From: Babesia bigemina
Lineage: Eukaryota
NCBI RefSeq assembly: GCF_000981445.1
Contig: NC_027217.1
Span: 2,418,001 to 2,482,000, forward strand
Direction of reading: 5' to 3'
Length of the DNA stretch: 64,000 bases
Part shown: positions 13,001 to 22,620 of the stretch, piece after piece
How positions within the stretch are numbered: position 1 is the stretch's first letter
Layout: every line of letters starts with the position of its first letter
Notes under the pieces: model-generated
The model's input: the letters and a program-made list of their open reading frames with translations, nothing else
Databases searched by the model: none
What the model was told of the DNA's origin: nothing
Position numbers and translations under genes: made by a program

Positions 13001-14069
13001 ACCAATGGATGAGTACACCAACTCACAGGAACTCCATCACAGTTTGGACTTTTAATAAAATCAGGCCTAAATCACCAATGGAGATGGATTGCGACAAAGG
13101 CATTTTGGTTACAACAGCGTAATGTGAATCTTGTAGGTAACATGCTGGAGAGAACAACACTTCAAGCCTTACCGCCGCTACTGCATGCTTAAACACCATT
13201 TACAACACGGGATTGACAGATTGAAGGCTGAAGGCTGTGAGGTGTATCAATCTTTGGATGTTCTAGAATGGGTGATGACGATACTTTGGCAAAGGCGTGG
13301 TAGCAATGTAACAACAGCAACCCCGTGACCACGTAGAAGGAAATTCATGAGAAAGTTTTCATTACCAATGATCAGAAGACTTTTTAATTCGGGCAATGAA
13401 TGCTTATTCAATGTTTTCTAGGAGCTTACATCCTAATTGGCCATTGCCTACGGTGGTTGAAACCGACTGAAGCAGTTGGTGAGATAAAATGGTTCTTTAC
13501 AGATCAAAGAGAGCAATCAAGTGTTTTAAAAACAATAAGTCAAACTAATAGTTGAGCTTTATAAAGTCGATTTTGAAGGTGTAGTAGTTGGAGAATGTAG
13601 CTTCACAAATGCTGGTGAACTCAGAGTGCTGCGGGGAAAATTGCATTGTTGCCTAGGAAATCGAGTGCACATTGCCAGACGAAGTAACATGATGTATTTA
13701 TTCTTAGTCACTAATCTCATGGCGCCATAATTACAAAATTAGATGCAATACATCTCCCGTTATTTAAGTCATGCAAATGCTACCTTATACACCCCGCGCC
13801 CAGCTTGGAATATTAAGTCACGGAAGCTACGATTTCGGATGTTCATTAAATCATAACATGACATTAACTATTGTGTCACGCCAATAACTAATGTGTATCA
13901 GATTCGTAGCAGTGTGTTGCAAGTTCATGTTCACCAGGTGTGCCATGCATCTACAACATCGGATTCCTTAAACAATTCCATTTGCTCTGCAGTGTACGGT
14001 ACCAAACACAAGGGGAACACACTTTGTCATGTATCGCATATGCGATAAATAAAGTGTAGAATCACCAGC

Positions 14070-14890
14070 ATGGCATCAACTCCCTCTAACGGAGAGTATG
14101 TGCAGCATGATAAGAGTGGGACAATTACAAAGGTTTGGTGTGGCAATAGGTTTGTTACTGTCAACGAGCTTTGCTCAGGATGTAAAAAGTTGGCAGGTGC
14201 CGTGGGAGATAACTGCTGCCCCGTGGGATGCAGACGATGCAAAAAAATATGTGAAAACAGAGTACCTGGTATAAATGGAGAGCATGACATAAACGTGAAG
14301 TGCACATGTCGTAATTGTGAGTGTGGGTGTTGTTACGAACTTTGTAACTGCTGTGAGTGGTGTCCTCGTAGCTTTTGTAAAGGTGCAGGAACTTGTAAAG
14401 GGTTTGTCCTCAACAAACCTGGAGAACAACCATGTCCCACAGACAAATGTCGAGGCCACGGTCTCATCGATAAGCGGGGTAACATACGCAAGCACGACGA
14501 TGGTAAATGCCATGGCCACGAGCCAGAAACTGTATATAAATGCTACTTCGGAGAAGAGCGCGACGAATTCGGCAATTGCACCATGAAGTGCAAAGATTGT
14601 GGCACAACTTGTTTTCAGGGTTTATATTACCGAGTCGGTTATGCAGTTGTTCCCATTATGCAGTTGTTCCCATGTTGCTAGTTCTTGTAGGCCTCTTCAT
14701 TTTCTGGGCCATGTTTCCTGAGAAATTTCACGCGATGATGGGTAAAATACGTGCGACATTTGCTAACTCAAGTGAGAGTTCTAGAGCAACCACGAAAAGT
14801 CTTGTTGGTAAAAGGATTCCCGAAGAGATAAACAATGAAAAATACCCTGCTCTCCGTCCAAGGGCATACGCTGGCTTGTCGTCAGCGTAG
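14070..14890 (+). pseudogene. Cys/Lys-rich membrane protein gene, frameshifted by a 17-bp tandem duplication (or rescued by a small intron)
   Basis: ORF 14070..14681 has about 28 Cys before residue 185. ORF 14540..14890 carries a TM helix (MLLVLVGLFIFWAMF) and the tail LRPRAYAGLSSA. Deleting one copy of TATGCAGTTGTTCCCAT fuses them into one 267-aa ORF. Confidence 0.75.
14640..14673 (+). repeat. Perfect 17-bp tandem duplication TATGCAGTTGTTCCCAT x2
   Basis: Read directly: 14640-14656 is identical to 14657-14673. Confidence 0.97.
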
Positions 14891-15316
14891 TGTTTTAATG
14901 TCGCAGTAACAATTGTAATCGCAATGAAGTGGCGCCCATAATTATTAAATGTTCTCACTTCCAGACTGTTGGTAATACTCTGCAAAATGAGTTCTAGTAT
15001 TCTGGTTGAGAATCGAAGAGTAATCTTCGACCATCTCACAGTATCACCCACAATACGCTCACTGCTTCACGTGGTCCACATAGCTGGCAACTCAGTGCGT
15101 AATGTAGCTATAATGCATCTTTTTTTATTATAGATGCGCCTTGTTAAGTCAACAAAAATCATCTACACCGCCCGAACCAATCCAGCTGATCGCCCGGTAG
15201 CAACGGTGCATGATGAATGGAAGCGCCAGTTGTATGAAGATTCTAAACTAATCGTCTGCTCTATTCGAAAGTGTACCATATGTGGGCACAAAAGACAGTT
15301 AAATTACATCGGTAGT

Positions 15317-17001
15317 TCAGTTATTGATAGCCTCCTCGTAGTCCTTCTCGAGGGCGGCAACGTCCTCGCGGGCCTCTTCGAACTCACCCTCCTCCATTCC
15401 CTCTCCGAGGTACCAGTGCACGAAGGCCTTCTTGGCGTACATGACGTCAAATTTGGAGTCCATGCGAATGAAAACTTCGGAGATTGAGGTGGAGTTGGAG
15501 ATCATGCAGACGGCGCGGCTAACCTTGGCGAGGTCATCACCGGGAACGACACATGGCGGCTGGTAGTTGATGCCGAACTTGAAACCGGTGGGTGACCAGT
15601 CGACAAAGCGCACGGCCTTCTTGCTCTTAACGTGTCCAATGGCAGAGTTGACGTCCTTGGGTACAACGTCACCGCGGTACATAAGGCAACAGGCCATGTA
15701 GTGGCCGAGACGGGGGTCGCATTCCGCCATCATCGAAGCGGTGTCGAAAGCTGAGTTGGTGATTTCAGCCACCGACATGAACTCGTGTTTGGCCTTGCGG
15801 GAGCTGATGATGGGGGCGTAAGACGAGAGCATGAAGTGGATCCTGGGGTATGGCACCAAGTTGGTCTGGAACTCGTTCATGTCAACGTTCAGAGCGCCGT
15901 CGAAACGCAGAGAAGTTGTCAAGGAGGAGATAACCTGGGCAATGATGCGGTTGAGGTTCTTGTAGATGGGACGGCCAATGTCGAGGTTCTTCTTGCAGAT
16001 GGAGTAGATGGCCTCGTTGTCGAGGACAACGGCGACGTCAGTGTTCTCCAGCAAGGAGTGAGTGGACAAGACTGAGTTGTAGGGCTCAACAACCGCGGTA
16101 GACACCTGGGGAGATGGCCATATGCAGAAGTTCAGCTTGGTCTTGCGCTCGTATTCGGCTCCGACGTTCTCCAACAGCAGGCTGCCGGTACCCGAACCCG
16201 TACCACCGCCGACGGCCGAGAAGAAGAGGAAACCTTGGATGCTGTCACAAGCGTCACTCAACTTGCGAATGCGGTCCATAGCGGGGTTCATGATTTCGCT
16301 GCCAGTGGTGTACCTTCCGCGGGCGAAGTTGTTGGCTGCATCTTCTTTGCCGGACATCAACTGCTCAGGGTGGAACAGGCCACTGTAGGCGCCCCTGCGC
16401 ACTTCGTCCACAACCGAGGGCTCAAGGTCGACAAATAAGCACCTAGGTACCTGCGCCCGTGTTAAAACCAATCAAGAAATGCAATCGAACACATTTCGCC
16501 AAAGCGCAAAACCATTAATATAATCATCACATTCAATTCACAACACTCCAAAAATCAACATATGACTGCAGCATATCGAACTATGTTCTACCACACCAAC
16601 ATTGCGGCATGAAAGATAACTTCGCCATCCCATACGTAGTCACATCATGACAACCTACATGTTTGCCGGAAGCGGTCTCTGCGAAAAAGGCGTGGAAAGC
16701 CTTGTCTTCGTCACCGGATCCGCTGGCTTCCTTATTTTCCGTGGTTCCATCAGGTGCTATTCCATGCTCGATGCAAAATAACTCCCTGAGAAAGCATTAT
16801 ATCCCGCGAATCGTTGACAGTTAATGTATTAATAATGCCATTCCTACTTCACAAGACAGCAATCTGGGCGTTAAATAGCTCGCCAATAAGATTCTACTCA
16901 CAAAACACTTCGATTGTACCGATATGGAAGTGTACTTACCAGACTGCGTTTCCGACTTGGACACCGGCTTGGCCGACGTGAACAGCAATAACCTCTCTCA
17001 T
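15317..17001 (-). CDS. TUBA: Alpha-tubulin, three exons, 440 aa
   Basis: Exon 1 [21 protein letters not shown] (17001-16940), exon 2 16785-16659, exon 3 16450-15317. Contains the GGGTGSG tubulin signature, [14 protein letters not shown] and GEGMEEGEF. Introns at 16786-16939 and 16451-16658. Confidence 0.97.
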
Positions 17002-18558
17002 TGTCAATGATTTCAAACGTAATTGAAATGCACCCTAAGTGATTGTTTGACTTTGAAGTCCTGAAGATTGCGCAAGTGATAGGTATAGGTTATAACCCCG
17101 CTATATTTATAGTATGGCATGGAGACCTTACGACGTGTCTCCGTCGCGACAACTTGGCGTTGCAGATCCGGCAAGACAGAACAGAGACCTCGGGTACCCG
17201 TGTACTTCATGGGGGAGGTATTAAGACGGAAATATACGTCGTTTGATACCGGTAACGAGTCTTTTTTGATTCACAGTGCGCCATGGCGTCTCCGAACAAT
17301 GGGAGACTTCCATGGGCCGTAGCATTTTTCAACGACATCAGACAGCAAAGATCGTGTTAAATCAACCTGATGTGTAAAAGTATACCCATAGATACCGGCA
17401 GACAGCCTGCTAAAGCCCTTTATTAGCGGATCAATGCATTGCCGCCGAGTATATCGCCGATGTAACACACGACACAAGAATCACTTCTACAAATTCGACA
17501 AAACGTTCAAAACATAAAAATACATATAATGTAAAGAAGAGCCTTAACGCTTAGCGGGCAGCTTAACAACAACCGCGAGAGCTACCGCCACGAGACATGG
17601 GCGCGCCGCGCGGCAATTCTTACGCCGTCCGCAGCTCGCAAATATTAGTCGAACAGTGCACGTGAATAACGTTTGCGATTGCCATTTAGCAATATCACGG
17701 AAAATTTAGGCTCATCCCGGCTCATGCTGCCCAAGTTGCTGCGTCATCTGAGCGCAAAAAAATATCGACACGTCTGTCGTACTGTGCATGTTCGCTGCTA
17801 TTCGAATAGATAAAGTCTACTAATCAGATAGCAGCAAAGCGGCACCCGGGTACCGATGCCATCGCCATATCACACACCCATATCGCGATTCAGACACGCA
17901 GGTAGCCGTGACCTGGAGCCGCAGCGCAAGGATGCAATTATGTACGGTTCGGCTTGGTGCCGTATGCGCGCTTGTCTCGCTGAAGGAGGCACCGTATGCG
18001 GCTCCTCAGCACTGCTCGAAAATTGCAGAAACGTCGTAGAACTGCAGATTGCGCAGTTGCCAACTGCATGGCTAATATATTTTTACAAAAACCGCGTAGA
18101 GTTTTGTACTATTCGCCTTAGATCTGCCCCTTTCTCACCCGTGTGGTGACGTGGTGTTCGTCCATGACCGATCGCAGATCTCCATCGTGAACGCCTCTGC
18201 ACAAGACATTACTCCACGCAGCTTTTTTCGCTGGCCTGAAAAGCGTTCAGTTGTCGAGTCTCGAACTCGACGTGCCGAGAGTATACCTCAAGCTCGTTTG
18301 GGCGGCACACCCGCGCACTTCGTGGCGGACAACTGACGCTGATTCTGTCGGCCTTCTACAGCGATCGCACGTGCATTACTAGCCCGTGTATGTTTTGTCT
18401 CTTTCTCCGATACGAGATAGATCGGGCGTTCGCAGGAATCCATGTCGCCTCTTGCATGAGGTCTGCTACGGGGAGGTCCGAGGGTTGCGGGCGGAGGCCC
18501 TGTCTCCGGGTGCTGGCAATGTGAGACCGTTTTCGGTCCACACGGGAGTTCCTTAGCC

Positions 18559-21500
18559 ATGCTACGGTCGGCCTACAGTCCACGTGCCAAGGAGACGCGC
18601 GACAGCTCCAAACCCGTACACGAGATGGCGTCGCAGGGTCTGAAGACCGTGCATCTGACTAAGCCAGGCTGTGAAATGCGCCCGTTAGCCAGCATCCACG
18701 GGGATGAGATTGGCATTCGTGACAAGGAGAAGGAGTCTGGGTACATGGGCTCGAGCATGAGCACTTCGCCCGGCTCTTTTCAGATGCAGACGACGCCGAC
18801 GTTGGACGTCCACTCGCCGGCTTCGAGCACTGAGAACTGTTGTCACTACACTTGCTGGGATGGATTTACGGACTCCCTTGAGACTCACCGGTTCAGCGCC
18901 GAGTGCATGCACGGCTGTTCTCCGCCATGTGAAGCGCCCAATGGTTTCATCAAGGGCGGCAAATCGTTTATGTCGGCAGAAACAGTGTTTACGTGCGACA
19001 AAGGGTCCTGCGATGGTTTTGGGAAGGTGGATAAAGGCCTCTCGCCGCGTGTTGTTGGTGGGGTGGAAACAACGGAGCCGTCGGATGCGATTTCAAGTGA
19101 CATATCGCCGACTTGCTACGACAGTTGTTCCGATTGTACAGTGTCTAAGCTGGCCACAGGTCGTGTTCGGAGTCCGTGCAACGGGGACTCAAGTTCCGCG
19201 TCCGGCTCGCCCACTGGCGCCGGGGAGTACGGCTACACGAGCTCCGTGAAGAGTGTCGACTCTCACCTTGCTGAGGTAGAGGTGGACGGGAAAAGTGTTG
19301 TGGAAAATGAAGATCGCAGCGTGCAGCGCAATGTTTGCCGTAAACCTTTTAGGCATGTGTCCCATCTCACGCCCGAAAATTGGGGTGAAACGGAAGACAA
19401 TGCAATAAGTCCATGTATCGAGCTGCAACGGTTGCCGTTGACAATGCAGAACGGTTACGAGTTGCGTGGAGGGCATCTTGTGTCCTGGTCGAGCGTGCCT
19501 AAAACTGGCAGCGACGCCGAAAGTAATGTAGAGTGGAGCGCCACGGAGATGCGCCATTTACTAGAGACGGTGGCATCGGCGATGGTGTCCACTGAGTATG
19601 TATTAAATAGCCTGGTGGAGCGGATCACACCCACTAGAACCTGCCGGGCAAACAAACTGTACCTCTTCAACGTGCTCAAGAGGTTCATCAAGTACTGCCT
19701 GGGCGACGACGCTCATGTGTACATCGCGGGATCCACGGCGAACGATATCGACATCGACTACTGCAACTTGCTTTCCGTTCCGTTTTACAGCGACCTCGAT
19801 ATCGACGTAATTTCGTCGCGTTACGGATCCAATGCGATGACCATCCTTAGGCAAATTTTCCACAACCTGTGCGAGTCTCAGGCCGTGCTGAAAGGCGCGG
19901 GCATGGTTTCGAACTGGACCATCGGACGGTCCGCCTTCAAGCTGGTGGACTCGGCGCGGGTGCCAATTATCATTATTAGAACGAAGAACGGGATGCTCTG
20001 CGACGTTTCGGTAAACGCAGCCAACTCACTCAAGCACAACAAGCTGTTCCACGAATACATCGAGAAGTACCCGATAATGCGTAGTCTGATGCGGCTCATC
20101 AAGCATTGGCTTAAATTCAGGGGCATCCCTGCCACCAAGGAGGGCGGGTTCCCGACCATCCTGTGGATGTTCCTCTTCTGCAACGCCTTCGACACCGGGG
20201 ATACGTATACTATCGGCAGCGCGACGCATGCGCGCAACGTTTCCGCCATGTGCGAAATGCTGCTGTCGAGGGAGATCCTGCGTGGTGACATCGCCTCCGT
20301 GCCGCTGACCCACATCTCCCTGCTTGCCGCGCTCGAGAAAACGTTCAGGACGCTCGCCGAGGGCAACAACCTCATCGAAATGGTGAACGCCGCCACGGCC
20401 TACGGGCGGGTGCAGGATGCTGTTAACAGGACCAAGCCGACCCGGTGGAGCATGGGCGAGATCGGGCGGAAGCTTGTGGAACTTATCGACGTGGAGCCTC
20501 ACGTGCCTTTCGCCACGTGGCTGGTGTATTATTACGAGATCTGCAGAACCGAGGAGAGTCTTTCGAAGTACATGGAATGTATCGAGACGCTGGTATCGCT
20601 GTCCATCTGCCTCCGCGTGTACGAGGCCCTTGGCAACCCGGATAACATCAACGCGATGCTCGAGATCAGGGCGCTGATCGTCCAGGTGAAGCACGTTTTT
20701 GGCTATAACCTATTTTACCTGCTGCACGAGAGCAGGCCGGTGGTGGAGAACGTCCAGAGGTACGTGCAGCGCACGGCGCACATGCTGCGCATCAAGCCGG
20801 ACACCCCAGACATGATGGAATGTACTCGCATGCTTATAAATCACGTTTCCGAGCAGCTATCGACCATCGTCACTGGCGTATTCTACGAGTCGTACGACAA
20901 GGTTTACTCTATTCCTGCCTCCATCGAGCCGCCGAGCCCGCTGATGCCCAAGGCGCAGCGCGACACCCACGACTCGTCGTGCAGCACTCCGTACATGGAC
21001 GGCGGCATCTGGAGCGACACTGGATGGCTCATTGTGGCGTTGGAGGGCAAGCTGCACATCGTCAAGGCCTTCAAGGTGTGCGTCAAGTGGGACAGCTGGT
21101 GGTCGACGTACTTCGTCAGTCGCCGCGACTCCAAGGCCGTGTTCCACGGCTTCACGTACCGTCAGGTGAGCGTTGCAGGCCGTGGCGACCGTAAACCCGA
21201 CAGCGAGCTGCCCAGGGTGCTCATCCGCCAGGGCGCGCTGGAGCTCTTCCACCCGTGCGACATCGTGTCACGGCTGTACGTCGTCAAGGTGATGAAGGGC
21301 GAGCAGAGCATCAGCTCTCACTACTACAGCCTCGACATGTTCACCGGCACGAGGACGTTGTACGTCCTGCCGGGTTTCGAAGTAGCCCGCTTCGAGCAGC
21401 TGTGCCGCGTGTCCGCCAGGCTGCTTGCGAGCGCGGGCCCCGACGCCTTCCGCACGATTCCGCGTCCCGACAAGTGCCGCCACTGCGGCGCGATCACGGT

Positions 21501-21657
21501 GCCGGGTCGCTTCGTGCCCAACGAGCTGAAGACATCGCAACGCAAACGCAAGAACCTGCGCCACCTGCTCATCTGCCCCAGGTACAACGAGTACTACCGC
21601 CATATGCAGGCGAGCCTGTGGCGCGTGGAGCGCAGCATCCGCCGGCAACCTATCTAG
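18559..21657 (+). CDS. Non-canonical poly(A) polymerase / terminal uridylyltransferase (Cid1/Trf4-like Pol-beta nucleotidyltransferase)
   Basis: 1032-aa ORF with IAGS...SDLDI, SARVPII, CDVSVN and LMRLIKHWLKFRGI...GGF motifs of the Cid1/Trf4 family, plus a long Ser-rich N-terminus. Start codon uncertain. Confidence 0.85.
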   Translation: MLRSAYSPRAKETRDSSKPVHEMASQGLKTVHLTKPGCEMRPLASIHGDEIGIRDKEKESGYMGSSMSTSPGSFQMQTTPTLDVHSPASSTENCCHYTCWDGFTDSLETHRFSAECMHGCSPPCEAPNGFIKGGKSFMSAETVFTCDKGSCDGFGKVDKGLSPRVVGGVETTEPSDAISSDISPTCYDSCSDCTVSKLATGRVRSPCNGDSSSASGSPTGAGEYGYTSSVKSVDSHLAEVEVDGKSVVENEDRSVQRNVCRKPFRHVSHLTPENWGETEDNAISPCIELQRLPLTMQNGYELRGGHLVSWSSVPKTGSDAESNVEWSATEMRHLLETVASAMVSTEYVLNSLVERITPTRTCRANKLYLFNVLKRFIKYCLGDDAHVYIAGSTANDIDIDYCNLLSVPFYSDLDIDVISSRYGSNAMTILRQIFHNLCESQAVLKGAGMVSNWTIGRSAFKLVDSARVPIIIIRTKNGMLCDVSVNAANSLKHNKLFHEYIEKYPIMRSLMRLIKHWLKFRGIPATKEGGFPTILWMFLFCNAFDTGDTYTIGSATHARNVSAMCEMLLSREILRGDIASVPLTHISLLAALEKTFRTLAEGNNLIEMVNAATAYGRVQDAVNRTKPTRWSMGEIGRKLVELIDVEPHVPFATWLVYYYEICRTEESLSKYMECIETLVSLSICLRVYEALGNPDNINAMLEIRALIVQVKHVFGYNLFYLLHESRPVVENVQRYVQRTAHMLRIKPDTPDMMECTRMLINHVSEQLSTIVTGVFYESYDKVYSIPASIEPPSPLMPKAQRDTHDSSCSTPYMDGGIWSDTGWLIVALEGKLHIVKAFKVCVKWDSWWSTYFVSRRDSKAVFHGFTYRQVSVAGRGDRKPDSELPRVLIRQGALELFHPCDIVSRLYVVKVMKGEQSISSHYYSLDMFTGTRTLYVLPGFEVARFEQLCRVSARLLASAGPDAFRTIPRPDKCRHCGAITVPGRFVPNELKTSQRKRKNLRHLLICPRYNEYYRHMQASLWRVERSIRRQPI

Positions 21658-21683
21658 CATGTGACTCGGTAAAATTAATGCTG

Positions 21684-22614
21684 TCACAGTAGACGCTTGT
21701 GCGACACTATCTTCTTGACGTATGTCACGCATATCGCGGAGCAGACGGTCACCACCATGAACTGCACGAGCGAGTAGAGCAGCAGTCTGAACTGCGTGTC
21801 GCGGGAGGCGCGCATCTGCCGGTGGTTGTGCAGCCAGAGGTACTTGAACTGCGCGTAAATCGAGTCGACGTTGTTCTTCAGCTGGTCGAGGCGCGACTGC
21901 GTGTTCTTGATGTGCTTGGACTCCAGCACCGAGTGCTCGTCGCTTCCGGCCGAGATTGTGACTCCCACCGCGGTCAGCCAGTGCGGGTTGTGGAACTCGA
22001 ACTCGTAGACGCCGGTCACCTTCGCCTCGAACGAGTATATTCCGTCGGGCGCCTCCTTCGTGTACATGACGTCCCCTGCGAACGGTGAGTGCGCTGCGCC
22101 GCCTAAACACACCTGAGGGCGACTTGATGGTCACCCGCACCTTGAGCTCCTCCATCTTCGAGAGGGTGTAGAACATCCCGCGGAGCAGCGTGCCCGTGTT
22201 GCGCACGTTCTCGTAGAAGATCTCGATGGCCTTCGGCGCGATGTCCATAGACAGCATCGCGGATGGGTGGAAGTTCTCCATTTTCTCGTGCCACTCCTCG
22301 TAGAAGGAGTCGGCGAAATCGTCGTCGTCGTCGTCATCGTCCATCTCGTAGTCCGAACGGTCGAGTGAGTCCTCGGGCCCGGTATGCTGCACATGTGATT
22401 AGACGGCTGCGGAGCTGCGTGGTACCTCGTCGAAAGGCTCGTCATGGGCAATTGGCTCCTCGAAATGCGGCGGCGGGAGCTTGGTAGGCACCGGCTTCTC
22501 GGGGACCGGCTGGCCGACCTCAGGCGCGGCGGCCTCCTGGCACGAGCCGAGCGCCGCAAGGAGCAGCCACAGGAGGCCCGCCTGCAGCGGTAGGTTTACA
22601 CACACGTGTCTCAT
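21684..22614 (-). CDS. p24/emp24/gp25L (TMED) GOLD-domain cargo receptor, three exons
   Basis: Signal peptide (LLWLLLAALGSC), GOLD motif YSFEAKVTGVYEFEFHN, coiled coil, TM helix and short tail KKIVSHKRLL. Introns near 22387-22424 and 22076-22110. Confidence 0.9.
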
Positions 22615-22620
22615 AGCTAA

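Noticed and set aside
10318..13700. Possible decayed coding fragments (e.g. 11832..12029 minus)
   Set aside because: No identifiable homology by eye; left as unresolved intergenic sequence.
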